Below, in pieces: positions 1 through 12,391 of a stretch of DNA of 64,000 nucleotides. A program made the translations under genes and the position numbers. The notes beneath the pieces were generated by a model that was not told the origin of the DNA, ran no database searches, and saw only the letters and a list, made by a program, of their open reading frames with translations. Each line of letters opens with the position of its first letter. Position 1 is the first letter of the stretch. This DNA is from Mobula birostris (Eukaryota): the NCBI RefSeq assembly GCF_030028105.1, contig NC_092375.1, positions 26,883,130 through 26,947,129 on the forward strand. Direction: 5' to 3'.

Positions 1-600
1 GAAGGCAAGACAGCGGCTATATTTCATTAGGAGTTCGAGGAGATTTGGTTTCTCAACTAAAACATTTGAAAACCTCTACAAATGTACCATGGAGAGCATT
101 TTAACTGACTACAACACCGTCTGGTTGGGGGGGTGCAACTGCACAAGATCGAAGTAAGTTCTAGAAACTCGTAGGGTTAGTCAGACCCATCAGGGGTACT
201 AGCCTCTGTAGTATCCAAGACATCTTCAACGAGTAGTGCCTTAGGAAGGCAGCATCCATCAAGGACACCCGCTCCACCTCCCTCCCATCCAGGACATGCC
301 CTCTTCTCATTGTTACCAGCAGGAATCCTGAAGGCACATACTCAGCAATTCAGGAACAGCTCCTTCCTCTCTGCCATCCGATCTCTAAATGGACATTGAA
401 CCCATGAATACCACATCACTACTTTTAATAGTTTTTTTTTGCACTACTTATTTTAACTATTTAACAGACACACATATACTTACTATAATTCAGGATTTTT
501 TCTATATTTATTTTTCATGTATCACATTGTACTACTGTCATAAAGTTAACAAATTTCATGATATATGCCAGTGATATTATACCCGATTCCGGTTCTGATA
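1..600 (+). mobile_element. Rex1/Babar-type LINE 3' fragment
   Basis: Degenerate match to the C-terminal RT region and tail seen in the longer copy at 21.7-23 kb. Confidence 0.65.
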
Positions 601-688
601 TGAGCCCTGGTAGCACATGACAGAAAACACAATTTCAGAAGGGCAATCAAATTGTCAAATCTGTGGTAAGTTAATAAAGAGCAATTTA

Positions 689-862
<174 letters not shown>

Positions 863-1037
863 TTAAGAATGAAGCTATTTTCAAAAAAAAAACTGCTTCA
901 CAAAATCCAAGTTAATTGATAGGATTATGAAAGAAAACAGCCAACAGGAATGCATAGAGAAACTTTGAAAAAAATTCGTTGATACTTCAGTATGTTTCTC
1001 AGCACTATAGAGCATAGGAGTCAGGATTAACTGTGAA

Positions 1038-1218
1038 CACGAGGAAATCTGCAGATGCTGGAATTTCAAGCAACACACATAAAAGTTGCTGGGGAATGCA
1101 GCAGGCCAGGCAGCATCCCTAGGAAGAGGTACTGATGAAGGGTCTCGGCCCGAAATGTCGACTGTACCTCTTCCTAGAGATGCTGCCTGGCCTGCTGCGT
1201 TCACCAGCAACTTTTATG
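1038..1218. mobile_element. Fold-back Penelope-like (PLE) 3'-end insertion with hammerhead core
   Basis: Inverted arms. ctgatga-agggtctcggccc-gaaat-gtc-gact at 1132-1163. TSD aggattaactgtgaa at 1023-1037 and 1219-1233. Confidence 0.85.
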
Positions 1219-1299
1219 AGGATTAACTGTGAAACCTGTTTTATCTATTATCATACTTAAGCATGTAGGTATGCAGGTTAAATTGAAATCAAAACCAGA

Positions 1300-2020
1300 A
1301 CCCTGGAAGAACTTAGTGGGTCAAGCAGCAGCAGTGAAGGCAGAAGGTGCAAAACCCTGTACCAGGACTGACAGGGAACAGGAAAGATTGTCAGTAGATA
1401 GCAGGATGCAAAGGAGTGGAGAGAGGCTGGTAGGTGACAGGTGAAGCCAGGTGGGGAGGGGATAAAAATCCAGGTGGGTAAAGAGGGACGAACAAAGGGA
1501 GAGGAAAACTACTTGTGTAATTGAGTGTATGAGGGAGGAGAACTCAGGGTGGAGTTGGAAATACAATATTCACATCAGAGGACAAGCCTCCCCAGTGAAA
1601 TATGAAATGCTTCTTTTCCCCAGTTTTCCATTGTACTGGAGAAGGCCGAGGACAGATAGGTCAGAGTGGGAGTAGGAAGGTAGGTCGGAAAAGCTCAAGA
1701 TGGCCGCTGCTGACAGACTGCAGATACTCTACAACATGATCACCTGGTCTACACTTGGTTTCACCAGTGCAGTGGCCCCATGGTGAGCACCGAACGGAGT
1801 GGACCAGGTATTCCATATATACAGCTATAGAGGGGCAAACCACCCAACCCCCACCCCACTTACTGCTGTTTCTTAACAGTCTTTCATCTTCCCTCTTAGT
1901 CTTGTTGCAGGGCCTCACCCAAAATGTCAACCTACACCTTCTGCCCCTACAGGTGCTGCTTGACCCTCAGTTCTTCCAGCATTCTTTGTTCTAGGTTCCA
2001 GCAACTGCACTTCCTTTTGT
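1300..2020. mobile_element. Old, diverged inverted PLE fragments
   Basis: Degenerate similarity to the PLE endonuclease end and 3' UTR on both strands. Confidence 0.55.
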
Positions 2021-3509
2021 TGTGGTGACCACGAGGTTGAAATAGCAGAAAATACTTTCTAAATAGAATAGAGTTAAAAGGAAACTACTGAAAGATTCAT
2101 CTTAAAAGGGTGTGGAGAGGATGTTTCCAATAGTGGGGAAGCCTAGAACCAGAGGCCACAGCCTCAGAATAGAAGTTCCTTTAGAACAGAGATGAGGAAG
2201 CAAAACAGATCCAGATTATCAGCTCCACAGATCTCATTTGTTGCTGACAAATTTAAATAACTTCACAGTAATTGCTAGTTAGCTAAAAGTCCTTCAGCCA
2301 GAGGGGTGGGGAATCTGTGCAATTCATTGCCACTGACGGCAATGGAGGCCAAGTCATTGGGTATATTTAAAGCGGAGGTTGATAGGTTCAATTAGCAAGG
2401 GCACAAAGATTACTGGGAGAAGATAGGAGAATGTGGCTGAGATGGAAAATAAATCAGCCACGATCGAATTGCAGAGCAAACTTAGTTGGCCTAATTCTGC
2501 TCGTATTAAAAGCACCTGGAACGATTTTCTTGAAGTTTCTTTTTTCTGCTCATTCTATACAAATATTGGAAGTTGCCTTTAGGACATAAAGGTTCAAGTG
2601 GCATTAACTACCTCATGCCAAGTGGCCTCAAAGTGAAGTACTGCACCTCTGCTCTGGGCCTCTCCATACTGATCTCTTGTAGGTAAGCAATTTATTGTCT
2701 ACACGGTCCCTGGCATAATTTTGTTCTGTCTAGCACCACAGATTTGTTGGACTCCTTCTCATCCTAACATATGTTTGGGCTGAGTTTTCAAAATGTGCAC
2801 TGGCCAATGACACAAGAACTTTCACAGTGTGATTTCTAATCCAATGTTAATTAATGATAGGAAAGCAATAAAATAATGAAATTCATCAAAAATGCTAAAA
2901 GTAATTTGCTTATGAAGACTCAGATAAATCTAACAGGCAACTATACAGTATTTAAAGTAAAAACATCAAGGGGTTCATATTATGTAATTTTGTATTACAT
3001 CATTTTATTTGTCTTTTCTGCACTTTGGTTGTTTGTCAGTCTCTGCTTGTGTGCAGTTTTTCATTGATTCTATTGTATTTCCTTGTTCTACAGTGAAAGT
3101 CTGAAAGAAAATGTATCTCAGTGAAGCATATGGTGGCATAATGTACTTCGATAATAAATTTACTTTGAACTTTTACACTCATTGCAAGGACAGATTCAGA
3201 TGTGGTAGTTACATGTTGAACACAGGAAGCAAAACAGATCCAGATTATCAGTGCCACAGATCTCATATGTTACTGGCAAATTTAAGTAATTTCACACCAA
3301 TCGCTAATCAGCTAAGAGCCTTTTCACATTCTCAAGTAGATGATCATCAATCCAGTTCCAAAATACATAAACCAAATACAGCCAGCAGTGAGGCAGGTGC
3401 TACTGGTTAAGCTCCATTTTGGGCAGACAACTGGATTAAATTTAGCAGCAAAAAGATAAAAACGATTTCGAAAACTTGACAGATGAGGAAAGAGGCACAC
3501 TTTACTCAC

Positions 3510-3578
3510 CGACACTTCTTCTCCCTCAAGCAGCTCTTCCACGACCACAGTTTCACCAGCAGAACCAAATGCCTTTTC
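3510..3578 (-). CDS. GART: GART coding exon 5
   Basis: EKAFGSAGETVVVEELLEGEEVS, 69 nt, aag| acceptor and |gtgagt donor, in phase with its neighbours. Confidence 0.95.
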
Positions 3579-4680
3579 CTTTCGAAGATGATAAACGTCA
3601 GTTAAATCTAGCAAGACTGGAGCAGCCCATTGGTGGAAAAATGCTAATATAATAGTACTGATATGCTACACTTTCCACAAGTTTAGAACTGTAACCAGAC
3701 GATTTGTCAAAAAAAGAGGTGAAGGAAAAAAGATTGTCATGGTCCCAATCCCTTATCTCCACACTTCCTGGGCACATTGCCAAATATATCAGTTGAAAGC
3801 ACGGTGTATAGTCTTCACTGTGGGTGCAACAGGTACTCCCAAACTATCTGAATAGGTTTTATGGTTCATCTGCATTATCACAGAATTACAATATGTCAAT
3901 CTCCCACATCTTACAGCTCAGCTTTACTCCAGTGAAATACACCGATTCTGTATTAAGTAACATGCAGTTCCACTGAAGGATCAAATCACAAAACATAATA
4001 CCTAGCACACGATACAGGAGCGACTACATTCATATGACTGAACAGCATCATCTCGTTCATTTACTATAATTCATAAGAAATTAAAACTTATGACAGCTAT
4101 GGGGACTGCTTAGTGTTTTGCATCCATTCTATTAAAACAGTCAATAAGATTTTTTCCTACTTTTCAGCCCCCAGAAAAATATTCTGGGAGCAATGAGCCA
4201 ATATCAAAAGTTCATCCAGGTAATGCCTTGAATTCTTCTCACTCCACAAGCTGTCTCTAGTATCCAGTTTCACAATTCTTTGGTTAAAAGAATTTTTCTT
4301 CAACTCCCCTCAAATACAGAAAGTATTTGACTTAAAACTACATAATTTCATTGACAACTTTACAAAAAAAAACTAAATTAACGTATGAGAGGTGTTTGAT
4401 GGCTCTGGGGCTGTACTCACTGGAGTTTAGAAGCGTGAGGGGGGAATTTTATTGTAACCAATCAAATACTGTAAGGACTAGATGGAGTGAATGTGAAGAG
4501 GATGTTTCCTATAGTGGGCAAGTCTAGGACCAGAGGGCACAGCCTCAGAATAGAAGGATGCCCCTCTCAAACAGAGATGAGGAAGAATTTCTTCAGCCAG
4601 CGGGTGGTGAATCTATGGAATTCATTGCCACAAGTGGATGTGAAAGACAAATCATTTGAATATATTTAAAGTGGAGCTTG

Positions 4681-5227
4681 TGTAACACCCTGGGGAAGGT
4701 TTCACTGCTAATGTAATGGTTTCTCTGTAGCAGCAGTGTTTGGGTTATGACTAGCGATAACAGGGGCTTTGGAATGTGCGACGTCCAATGAGGGGAGTGT
4801 TTTTCTTTCTTGTGTGCAAGAGAGCGGGCTTTTGTTCAGTGGAAGATGGAGAGAGAAGATGCTAGAACGGAGAGGTCGTAGACTGCAGGACTGAGTGGAT
4901 GTGGAATGGGGTCGGGAGTTGACAACGCCCAGGGGAAATCAATGGAGAACGAACGGACGGAAAAATCGTTAGCTCCATCGTGTGCATTAGACTGTTTCAT
5001 TAAAATGGGCCCTTTTCTTTTTGTTTTCTTTATTAACCCTCCAGTCAAATTAAGAACTATAAAGCTAAATCGTCTAATTGCATATGGTGTACTGTTTATT
5101 ATCTTGTGATACTGATTTGTAACAGGGGAAACATCACACTGCAACCACACAAATGAGATTTTACAAGTTTGGTGGGCCGGAGTGTCTTCCCCTGGACTAA
5201 CGCCACCAACGGAACCTGAGAGTTACA
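4681..5227. mobile_element. Solo LTR (Gypsy-type) inserted in a CR1 3' fragment
   Basis: Termini TGTAAC...GTTACA and a 4-bp TSD cttg at 4677-4680 and 5228-5231. The CR1 tail resumes after it. Confidence 0.85.
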
Positions 5228-5609
5228 CTTGATAGATTCTTGATTAGTAAGGGAGTCAAAAGTTATGGGGAGAAGGCAGGGGAATGGGTTAAGAGATAAT
5301 GTATCAGCCATGATGGAATGGTGGAGCAGACTTGATAGGCTGAATGGCCTAATTCTGCCCCGATGTCTATTGGTCTTCCAAATGAACTTTCCAAAGTGCA
5401 ATCAAAGTATTACAAACAAAATTAAATACTGCACTTGCAGATCATGTTTCCACCTCACTTACAGTAAATAAGAACTGGAGCAGACATTTGGGACTGACCA
5501 TGTGTTGAGCATGAAGTATGCAAGGAGAAGGCTACAAACAGAATGTATTCAGCATTGTTTCTTCCACTCTCTGAAAGACACACATACAGAAAGGTAAAGC
5601 CTACCATAC

Positions 5610-5721
5610 CTGCATAATATCCTGGACTGCTTTGCAAGCCTCTTCCTTGTTAGCTGCAACAATAACACCCTTCCCAGCTGCCAAACCACTGGCTTTTACT
5701 ACTAGGGCAGGGAATTCAGCA
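5610..5721 (-). CDS. GART: GART coding exon 4
   Basis: (R)AEFPALVVKASGLAAGKGVIVAANKEEACKAVQDIMQ contains the ATP-grasp VVKAxGLAAGKGV motif. 112 nt, ttctttcag| and |gtatgg. Not shown in the ORF track. Confidence 0.96.
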
Positions 5722-5829
5722 CTGAAAGAAAAGCAAAAGTCATTCCATTGAAAGACATGGGGTAAAGTTTCTTATTTTCTGGTCCATTTACAATATTGAC
5801 TGTTTAACTAGTATATACTATTAAGCTTG

Positions 5830-7070
5830 AGAGATTCCAATGATGTCATGGTAAAGCAAGCAGGCGTTACAACCAGATCTAGGCGCAAGTGGGCAGCCAA
5901 CGCAGCTGTGGAGCAGGTAGTGTGTTCTCTGAAGATGTGAGATATCATCGGCAACCCCTGTGTCGGGAGGCAAGGCCTCGGCTCAGTTCACTTTCAGCAG
6001 TGGGGAAACGCAAGCGTAAGGAACAGGCGAGACATGGTACAGGCAGAAGTACGGATCCATGAGGAAGAGAAGCGGATTTCAAAGGCAGTGGAACAAGGGT
6101 CCCAGGGTGCCTGGACAAAATGGGATCTGCCTGAGCGCAAGATCTCATGGGCACAGTTATGGAGACTGGAGCCCTTCCGTATTTCCTTCCTCTTGCGATC
6201 CGTGTATGACACCCTTCCTTCACCATTACATCTGTACACATGGGGGATGAGAGAGGACCCGAACTGTAAGTTCTGTGGTCAAAAGGGGACGCTGGCTCAT
6301 ATACTGTCCGGGTGTAAAAGAGCTCTAACTCAAGGACGGTATAGGTGGTGCCATGATAAGGTGCTTCTGGCTCTTGCTGACACTCTAGAGCGAGAGAGAT
6401 ACAAGCAGAGGATGGCTGGTACAGATTTGAGGAAGGCCATCACCTTCATCAAAGAGGGAGCCAGGCCTTTTGTAACTAAACAACCAAAGCCCAATCTGCT
6501 ACTAACGGCCAGGTCAATATGGGAAGAAGGCTGCAGTTCCCGGATGTGGTGCACAGAACCCTACGCCCGGCGTTGTACTGTGGTCAACTGAAGACAGGAA
6601 AATTATTCTGGTTGAACTGACTGTGTTGTGGGAGGAGGGATGGGAAGAGGCCCATGAGAGAAAGGCCTTGAAGTACCAGCCCTTCGTGCAGGAGTGTAAA
6701 GACAAGGGATGGCAGGCATGGTTGTTCCCTGTGAAGATCGGCTGCAGAGGTTTCCCAGCCAAATCAGCATGGCGGTTGTTGTCAGCTCTGGGCCTGGATG
6801 AAAGGAGCAAAAAACAAGCAGCTCATAGGATGGGGGAAGAGGCAGAAAGAGCCTCTTGTTGGATTTGGAGTAGGTGAGAGGAGGGAAGCTGGAAGCCAGG
6901 AGCAGATAGGCAGTGATTTGGCCACCACTGCTGGCCCACCAACTGGACAGTGTTGTGGTTAAGGGTCGAAACACTCTGTGAAGGTTGGGAACCACCTGAT
7001 GAATCTGCTCCTGGCTGAAGGCTACGGTAACCTAAAAAGGTATCTGGAGAATGCACCTCAACAGGTGTAT
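5830..7070 (+). mobile_element. 3' part of an RLE-endonuclease non-LTR retrotransposon (Hero/NeSL-like), frameshifted
   Basis: CCHC knuckle CKFC...HILSGC, RYRWxHD, and PD-(D/E)xK-type region IILVELTVLWEE...EAHERKALKY. Confidence 0.85.
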
Positions 7071-7224
7071 GTAACAAGTATGAAATTGATACGTTACGCA
7101 TTACAAGCAATATGGAAAAATTGTGAGCTAAAAACATCATCCACTATGACTCAGAAGAATGCTATGCATATCATACATGGACAGGATAACCAACGAAGAA
7201 GTTCCACAGAGAATGAAAACAAAA

Positions 7225-7492
7225 CATACATTTACTTAAAAAAATCAGAAAACAGCAATCAAAATTCTTTGGTCACATCATGCGAAGAGAGACATTAGAA
7301 CATTTAGTTACAACTGGAAAGCTGGAAGGAAAAAGAGGCAGAGGCAGGCAGAGAATGAAAATGATAGATGGAATAACATCATGGTTAGAAACAGGGGAGG
7401 CAACAACTACAATTCGGAGGGTCAGGGACCGTGATGGATGGAGAGACATGATCACCTACGCCGAACGGCAAGGCACCTGAATAATAATAACT
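7225..7492 (+). mobile_element. RTE-clade LINE 3' end
   Basis: GHIMRRETLEHLVTTGKLEGKRGRGRQR motif followed by a (TAA)n tail. Confidence 0.85.
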
Positions 7493-8156
7493 ATGAGTTT
7501 TGTAAAAATTGGTTTCATAGCAGAGGAATGGAAATTCAATGTTAAACAATTGCCACTTGTTTTCAAACATTGACAAAAACCTTGAGACAAATAGTGAGAT
7601 GTAGACCCACCCTGTTAATTGAAACACTAGGAATTTGACCTAGTTGGTATCTGATGTGTGATTGCTATCTTGTATGTACAAGGATTAGACCTCAAGCCAC
7701 GGTGTCGCCCGTTTACAGCCGCCAAGAGAGAGGCATCGGAGCCGGTGCACTCCACCGAGGGCAGTGTGATGCGTCGTCCAGGCTGGAGTCGGTGCTGCCC
7801 ACCAGTGTTTGCTCGGCAGAAGACAAGCTGTACTGTGATCAACCGTAGATTTCTACGGCTCCCATGGCTCGGGTCTGGACCGCTTTTCCTTGCGTGGCTG
7901 TGTCTTAGTGATATCTTTACGTGCTTGCTATCTTGTATGTGCTGTGTGACTGTTTGCACTGTGTTTTGCACCTTGACCCCGGTGTAATGTTGTCTCGTTT
8001 GCCTGTATTCATGTCTGGTTGAATAACAATTGAACTTGAATTAAATTGATGGCCTGGATGTTCTGACTGGCAGTCTCAGCCACAAGTCATATTAAAATGA
8101 GCACTGCAGCAAAACCTTATTAATGTGCCCACCACTTGGTTAATGGCTCCTCTTAC

Positions 8157-8331
8157 CGCTGGATAAAGCTACACGCTTCCCCAGCGTCTGTAAATGCCTT
8201 CCATCGAGCACTGGGGATATCATGCCGATCCATAAAGTCTTTTGCGAAATGCTTGCTGGCTTCCAGTTGTGTTGCCTTTGCTGAAGGGCCAAAACATCTC
8301 ACTCCAGCAGCCATCAAGTCATCAACAATTC
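8157..8331 (-). CDS. GART: GART coding exon 3
   Basis: GIVDDLMAAGVRCFGPSAKATQLEASKHFAKDFMDRHDIPSARWKAFTDAGEACSFIQ, 175 nt, ttcttcag| and |gtaaga. Confidence 0.96.
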
Positions 8332-9464
8332 CTGAAGAACACATGACAGGAAAGAAGAAACGTCTCTTGAGCAACAGGCTCTGAAAGGTTTCCAAACAGG
8401 CTTTTAAAAACATTACTCTTCAATTTGGAAAAGTGTGAAGTGATACCCGAGGATAGGTTGAGCAAGCTAAGGTTTTGCTCTTTGGAGCAAGGAAGGATGA
8501 GAGGTGACTTTATAGAGGTGTGTAAAATAAAAGGCACAGGTAGAGTGGACAGACAGCTCTATTTCCTCCCCCCCTCCCGGCAAGAGTGGAAATAGCAAAT
8601 ACAAGGGTGCATATTTTTAAGGTGATTGGAGGAAAGTATTGGGGGGGGAGGGGAATGTCAGAATGGGGAAACAGAAGAATGTTGGGTGTGTAGAATGTGC
8701 TACCCAGGTAGAGGCAGATATATTCAGGACTCTGACTGAGACTCTTAGGCACATGAATGAAAGAGAAGTGGAGGGCTATGTGGGAAGGAAGGGTGGGTCA
8801 GATTGATCCTAGAGTAGGCTAAAAGGTCGGCACAACTCTGTGGGCTGAATAGCCTGTACTGTGTTGTACTGGTCTATGTTCTAAGTATACTGGAGGCTGG
8901 TAGGATAGGGGTGGAGTGCTTGAAGGAACTTATGCAACATTCTTTTCCTCTTCACACTCGTCAAGTGAACATCTGTGGCTCAGCCAGTTTTAAATGCCCT
9001 TCCCCAATCTTCCTGTTATTCTGTCACATTTTATGTAGACTAAACAAGCTCGTTTCATTTTGATCCCTATAAAAAGGACATTTCTGAGCCAGATCACCTT
9101 CACAAATTCCAGTCTTATTTAATAACTTAACTTTAAATCCCCTAGCTACCATTGTGGATTTGAAGTCACGTCTTTAAAACAACAATCCAGTCCTCTTGAT
9201 ATTAATCCAGAAACTTTATGCTACTGTGCCCCATCTACACAAGAGCTCTTTCTGAGCCGGTAACTGTTGGAGAACGATTGGTTGGCTGAGTTTTTATTAT
9301 TCTCCATTCTCAGATTGCTGGACAAAAGGGTTGATAGATGTTTGCCTTCTAAACCAGTTCACACAAGCCAATCCTGCTGACCCAGCTGAGGTCAACATTT
9401 CAGCTGGTTGAGCACTGGATAAACCCACGCAAGTGGTTTATTATTGCTAAAACAGAAGGGCAAA

Positions 9465-9500
9465 TCCTGCCACCTGGTGGCCAATACTGTTACATGCAGT
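9465..9500 (-). promoter_or_regulatory. Candidate CTCF site in a GART intron
   Basis: The minus strand reads ctgcatgtaacagtatTGGCCACCAGGTGGCAG, a near-consensus core with an upstream TGCA-type module. Confidence 0.55.
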
Positions 9501-9532
9501 CTTTAAATCTGTAATTTCGGGTTCTCTCTAAA

Positions 9533-10036
9533 GGCTGATTTATACTTCTGCATCAACCTGACGGCGTAAGTACAGCGTCACCACGAACCCTACGCAGAGT
9601 CTACGCAGATCCCTATACCGTAGCCTGACGCGCACCTCTCCCAAAATGTAACTACGCGTCGCGGCAACGCAGCAGACGCAACAACTGTGATTGGCCTGCT
9701 TGGTAGCATCGCATGTCATCCTACGCTGCAATAGCTTCCCATTGGATGACTGAAGGGCAGGGAAAGAACTCTGGCTGCAATGCTTTCCATAAAGCTTCAC
9801 AGACCTCCGAAATTATGGAGGACACATTTTACTTTTACGAAAAAAGACGCTCGCTTTAAACTTGTTCACCCCGAGAAAGACTACCATGACCATGAAGCCC
9901 TGCACGGGCAGGCGTGTGCGCACGCATGACGTGCGCAAATTGCAGAGTGACGCAGACACACCAACACACAAGTATAAATGCTCACAACGCGCATAGGCCA
10001 CTTGTGTAGGTTACAGCGTCGAGTTAACGCAGAAGC
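9533..10036. mobile_element. Non-autonomous DNA transposon, PIF/Harbinger-like
   Basis: Left end ggctgatttatacttctgc, partial inverted right end acgcagaag, CpG-rich interior. The superfamily is inferred. Confidence 0.5.
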
Positions 10037-10337
10037 TTAATACAGAAACTCTGAGCACAAGACACAGCAATAAATGATTGTAAACATTGCAGGCAGGGTG
10101 CAATGTCTCAGGGATGGTTTGAAAGCACATTCACTATCCTGAGATTTAGTCTGTAAGTTTGCATATAGCTAAACAAGATCAAAATTAAACTTTCCTCAAG
10201 AGATTATTTTAATGACACATAGAAAAATTAATACCTCACAACGCCATCCCAACATGCCTCCTATCCACACAGCTCTGGTTTTAGTGGAAGTGTGAATGAG
10301 TCTGGTATTGAACCAGTGAACTTTTGTGCATCAGAGT

Positions 10338-10566
10338 CAACACACGCAAACAAAATGCTGGAGGAACTCAGCAGGCCAGGCAGGACCCATGAAAAAGAGT
10401 AAACAATTGACATTGCAGGCTGAGACCCTTTATCAGGACTTGATAAGGGGTTCAGCCCAAAACATCAACTGGTTATACTTTTTCCATAGATGCAGCCTGA
10501 CCTGCTGAGTTCCTCCAGCTTTGTGTGTGCTGCTTTGGATTTCCAGCATCTGCAGATTTTCTCACG
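10338..10566. mobile_element. Fold-back PLE 3'-end insertion (older subfamily)
   Basis: Inverted arms with decayed hammerhead motifs. Flanking repeats tttgtgcatcagagt and tttgtgcatcacagt. Confidence 0.8.
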
Positions 10567-11384
10567 TTTGTGCATCACAGTTAAAATGGCTTCCAAGTTT
10601 AACCTTGAGTGAGCTTTCCAGTTCTCAGGGTAACGAGGACAACTTCCTCAAAAAGATGCTGTGAAAATGTAGCAAATCTGTTGGGCCAAGAGGAGCTGAA
10701 GCATTTCCCCCACCAATGACGCTATATTCGCAACACCCCCACTCCCCCCAAACTCTCCCCCCCCACCCCAGCTGACATCAACTCTTCCCCTGGGGTCTGA
10801 CTGTCCCAGAAGATCGGAAACCACCCATTGCCCCAGCCGACCCCACCACCTGGACATATACAAGGCAAATTTGGGGACAAGTACTGAAGAATAAACCAAG
10901 CAGCACGTCCCACACATCACACACATCCAAAAGCGCTAATGCTTATGTTTTACTTCAACAAACAAGTTCCAGGAGAGAAAGAATAAATAAATAGAGGATT
11001 ATAAAGAAAAATAAATCTCACAAAGCAAATATATACAGTTAGTTCCAAGATCAATCTCTACCAGTTTTGTTCACTGCAGTGCCTTGTAAGTTTTTAAATA
11101 ACTCAAGGCCCCTTCAAATGGTGTTACTGCGACTGTTCTTGAAAATGGTTCAAATGGATGACATTACTTTTAGAGTTTATTTTAATTTGACAGAAGCACC
11201 ATAGGTTATGGAATAATGTAAACACAAGTAAGTCACTAAAAAAGCTTTAAGAAAGTATTTTTAATCCTAATAAACAGATTGCATTACAAATAGGACTAGA
11301 AGAAAATCAATGCCAAGCAAAACCAAAAATGGGCATTTCCATAAGAAATACGCACTATTTTATTTAGGGATATACCATGGTAAC

Positions 11385-11568
11385 AGACCCGTACAGTCCA
11401 ATTATACCCATGTGACCATGTCTTTGAAGAGTGGAAGGAGCACCTGGAGGAAACCCACACAGCCATGGGGAGGACGTACAAACTCCTTGCAGACAGCAGT
11501 GGGAATTGAACTCAGGTCACTGGTGCTTAAAGCATCACATTAACTGCTACACCACCATGGTGCCCTAT
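11385..11568 (-). mobile_element. tRNA-derived V-SINE (HE1-like)
   Basis: The minus strand has A/B-box-like ggtggtgtagcagtt...gagttcaattccc followed by the V-domain ggagtttgtacgtcctcccc...gggtttcctcc. Confidence 0.75.
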
Positions 11569-12295
11569 GCAAGTATTATTTATATGCTACCATTTTATGA
11601 TACTTGTAGTACAGTAGTTACCACAATTTCAACTTAAAATCAGAATAGAGCTGCAAGTCTTTAGCAAACTAATCAGGAAAAGTATTGAGCACCAATTGAA
11701 CCAATCTATGCAGGTAACAACACTGTAGCATAATGACATTGTTCAAACTGCACAACTGACCAGCTTTTGCTGACGGCAACACACCTAACAATCAATGGTG
11801 TGCTTCACAGTCTGTGGGCACAAAGGCACACACTGTAATACAGTCGGGCAGTCAGACATCACTTCAGCCCTCAAAATCCCATTGAAGCTTTTAGAAAGTA
11901 TGAAGCTACTGAATGATGCATTTCCCTAAAAGAAAAATAAGCAATCTACAAATGACACAAATAATCATTTTACAACAATAAAAACTAGAAATCATTTTGA
12001 GGGTTAAGAGAAAAATAATATTCAGCATTTACCTGGAAAATAATGAACAGATTGAAAGATATTTATAAACGTACAAACAGAAAACATCCTATTGACCTAA
12101 ACCATTAAGGAGATTCCAACTAGACCTTTGCATTTATTAAGTTATTAAATTGCATTAATCTTATTCATTACTGGTCAAAACCTTCAAATTATGCCAAGAG
12201 TGAACACTGCTGTTCAGCCAACAATGCACTAAAATAGAGCCACTTCAGAGCAGTGGCACTCTCCTGTAGCCCAGTGTCAGAGACCTCGTGTTTAC

Positions 12296-12391
12296 CTGCA
12301 GCAAGGGGAGCCTCCGGACCAACCACCACCAGGCCAATGTTGTGGTCTTTGCAGTATTGGGCAAGAATTGCATGATTGCTGACAGAAACAG
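12296..12391 (-). CDS. GART: GART coding exon 2
   Basis: AVSVSNHAILAQYCKDHNIGLVVVGPEAPLAA contains the VVGPEAPL motif. 96 nt, polypyrimidine tract then ttgcag|, and |gtaaac. Confidence 0.96.

Noticed and set aside
881-1210. Recurrent small ORFs (MLVNAAGQAASLGRG..., ...PRDAAWPAAFTSNF...) as a peptide family
   Set aside because: They are translations of the PLE 3' repeat on either strand, usually with non-ATG starts and variable frames.
6960-7010. Possible permuted hammerhead (gaaac...ctgatga) in the Hero-like 3' UTR
   Set aside because: The core words are present, but I could not build convincing helices I and II by eye. It needs a consensus sequence and a covariance search.
11500-11568. tRNA gene
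   Set aside because: The A/B-box-like head continues into a V-SINE body and no full cloverleaf is evident.
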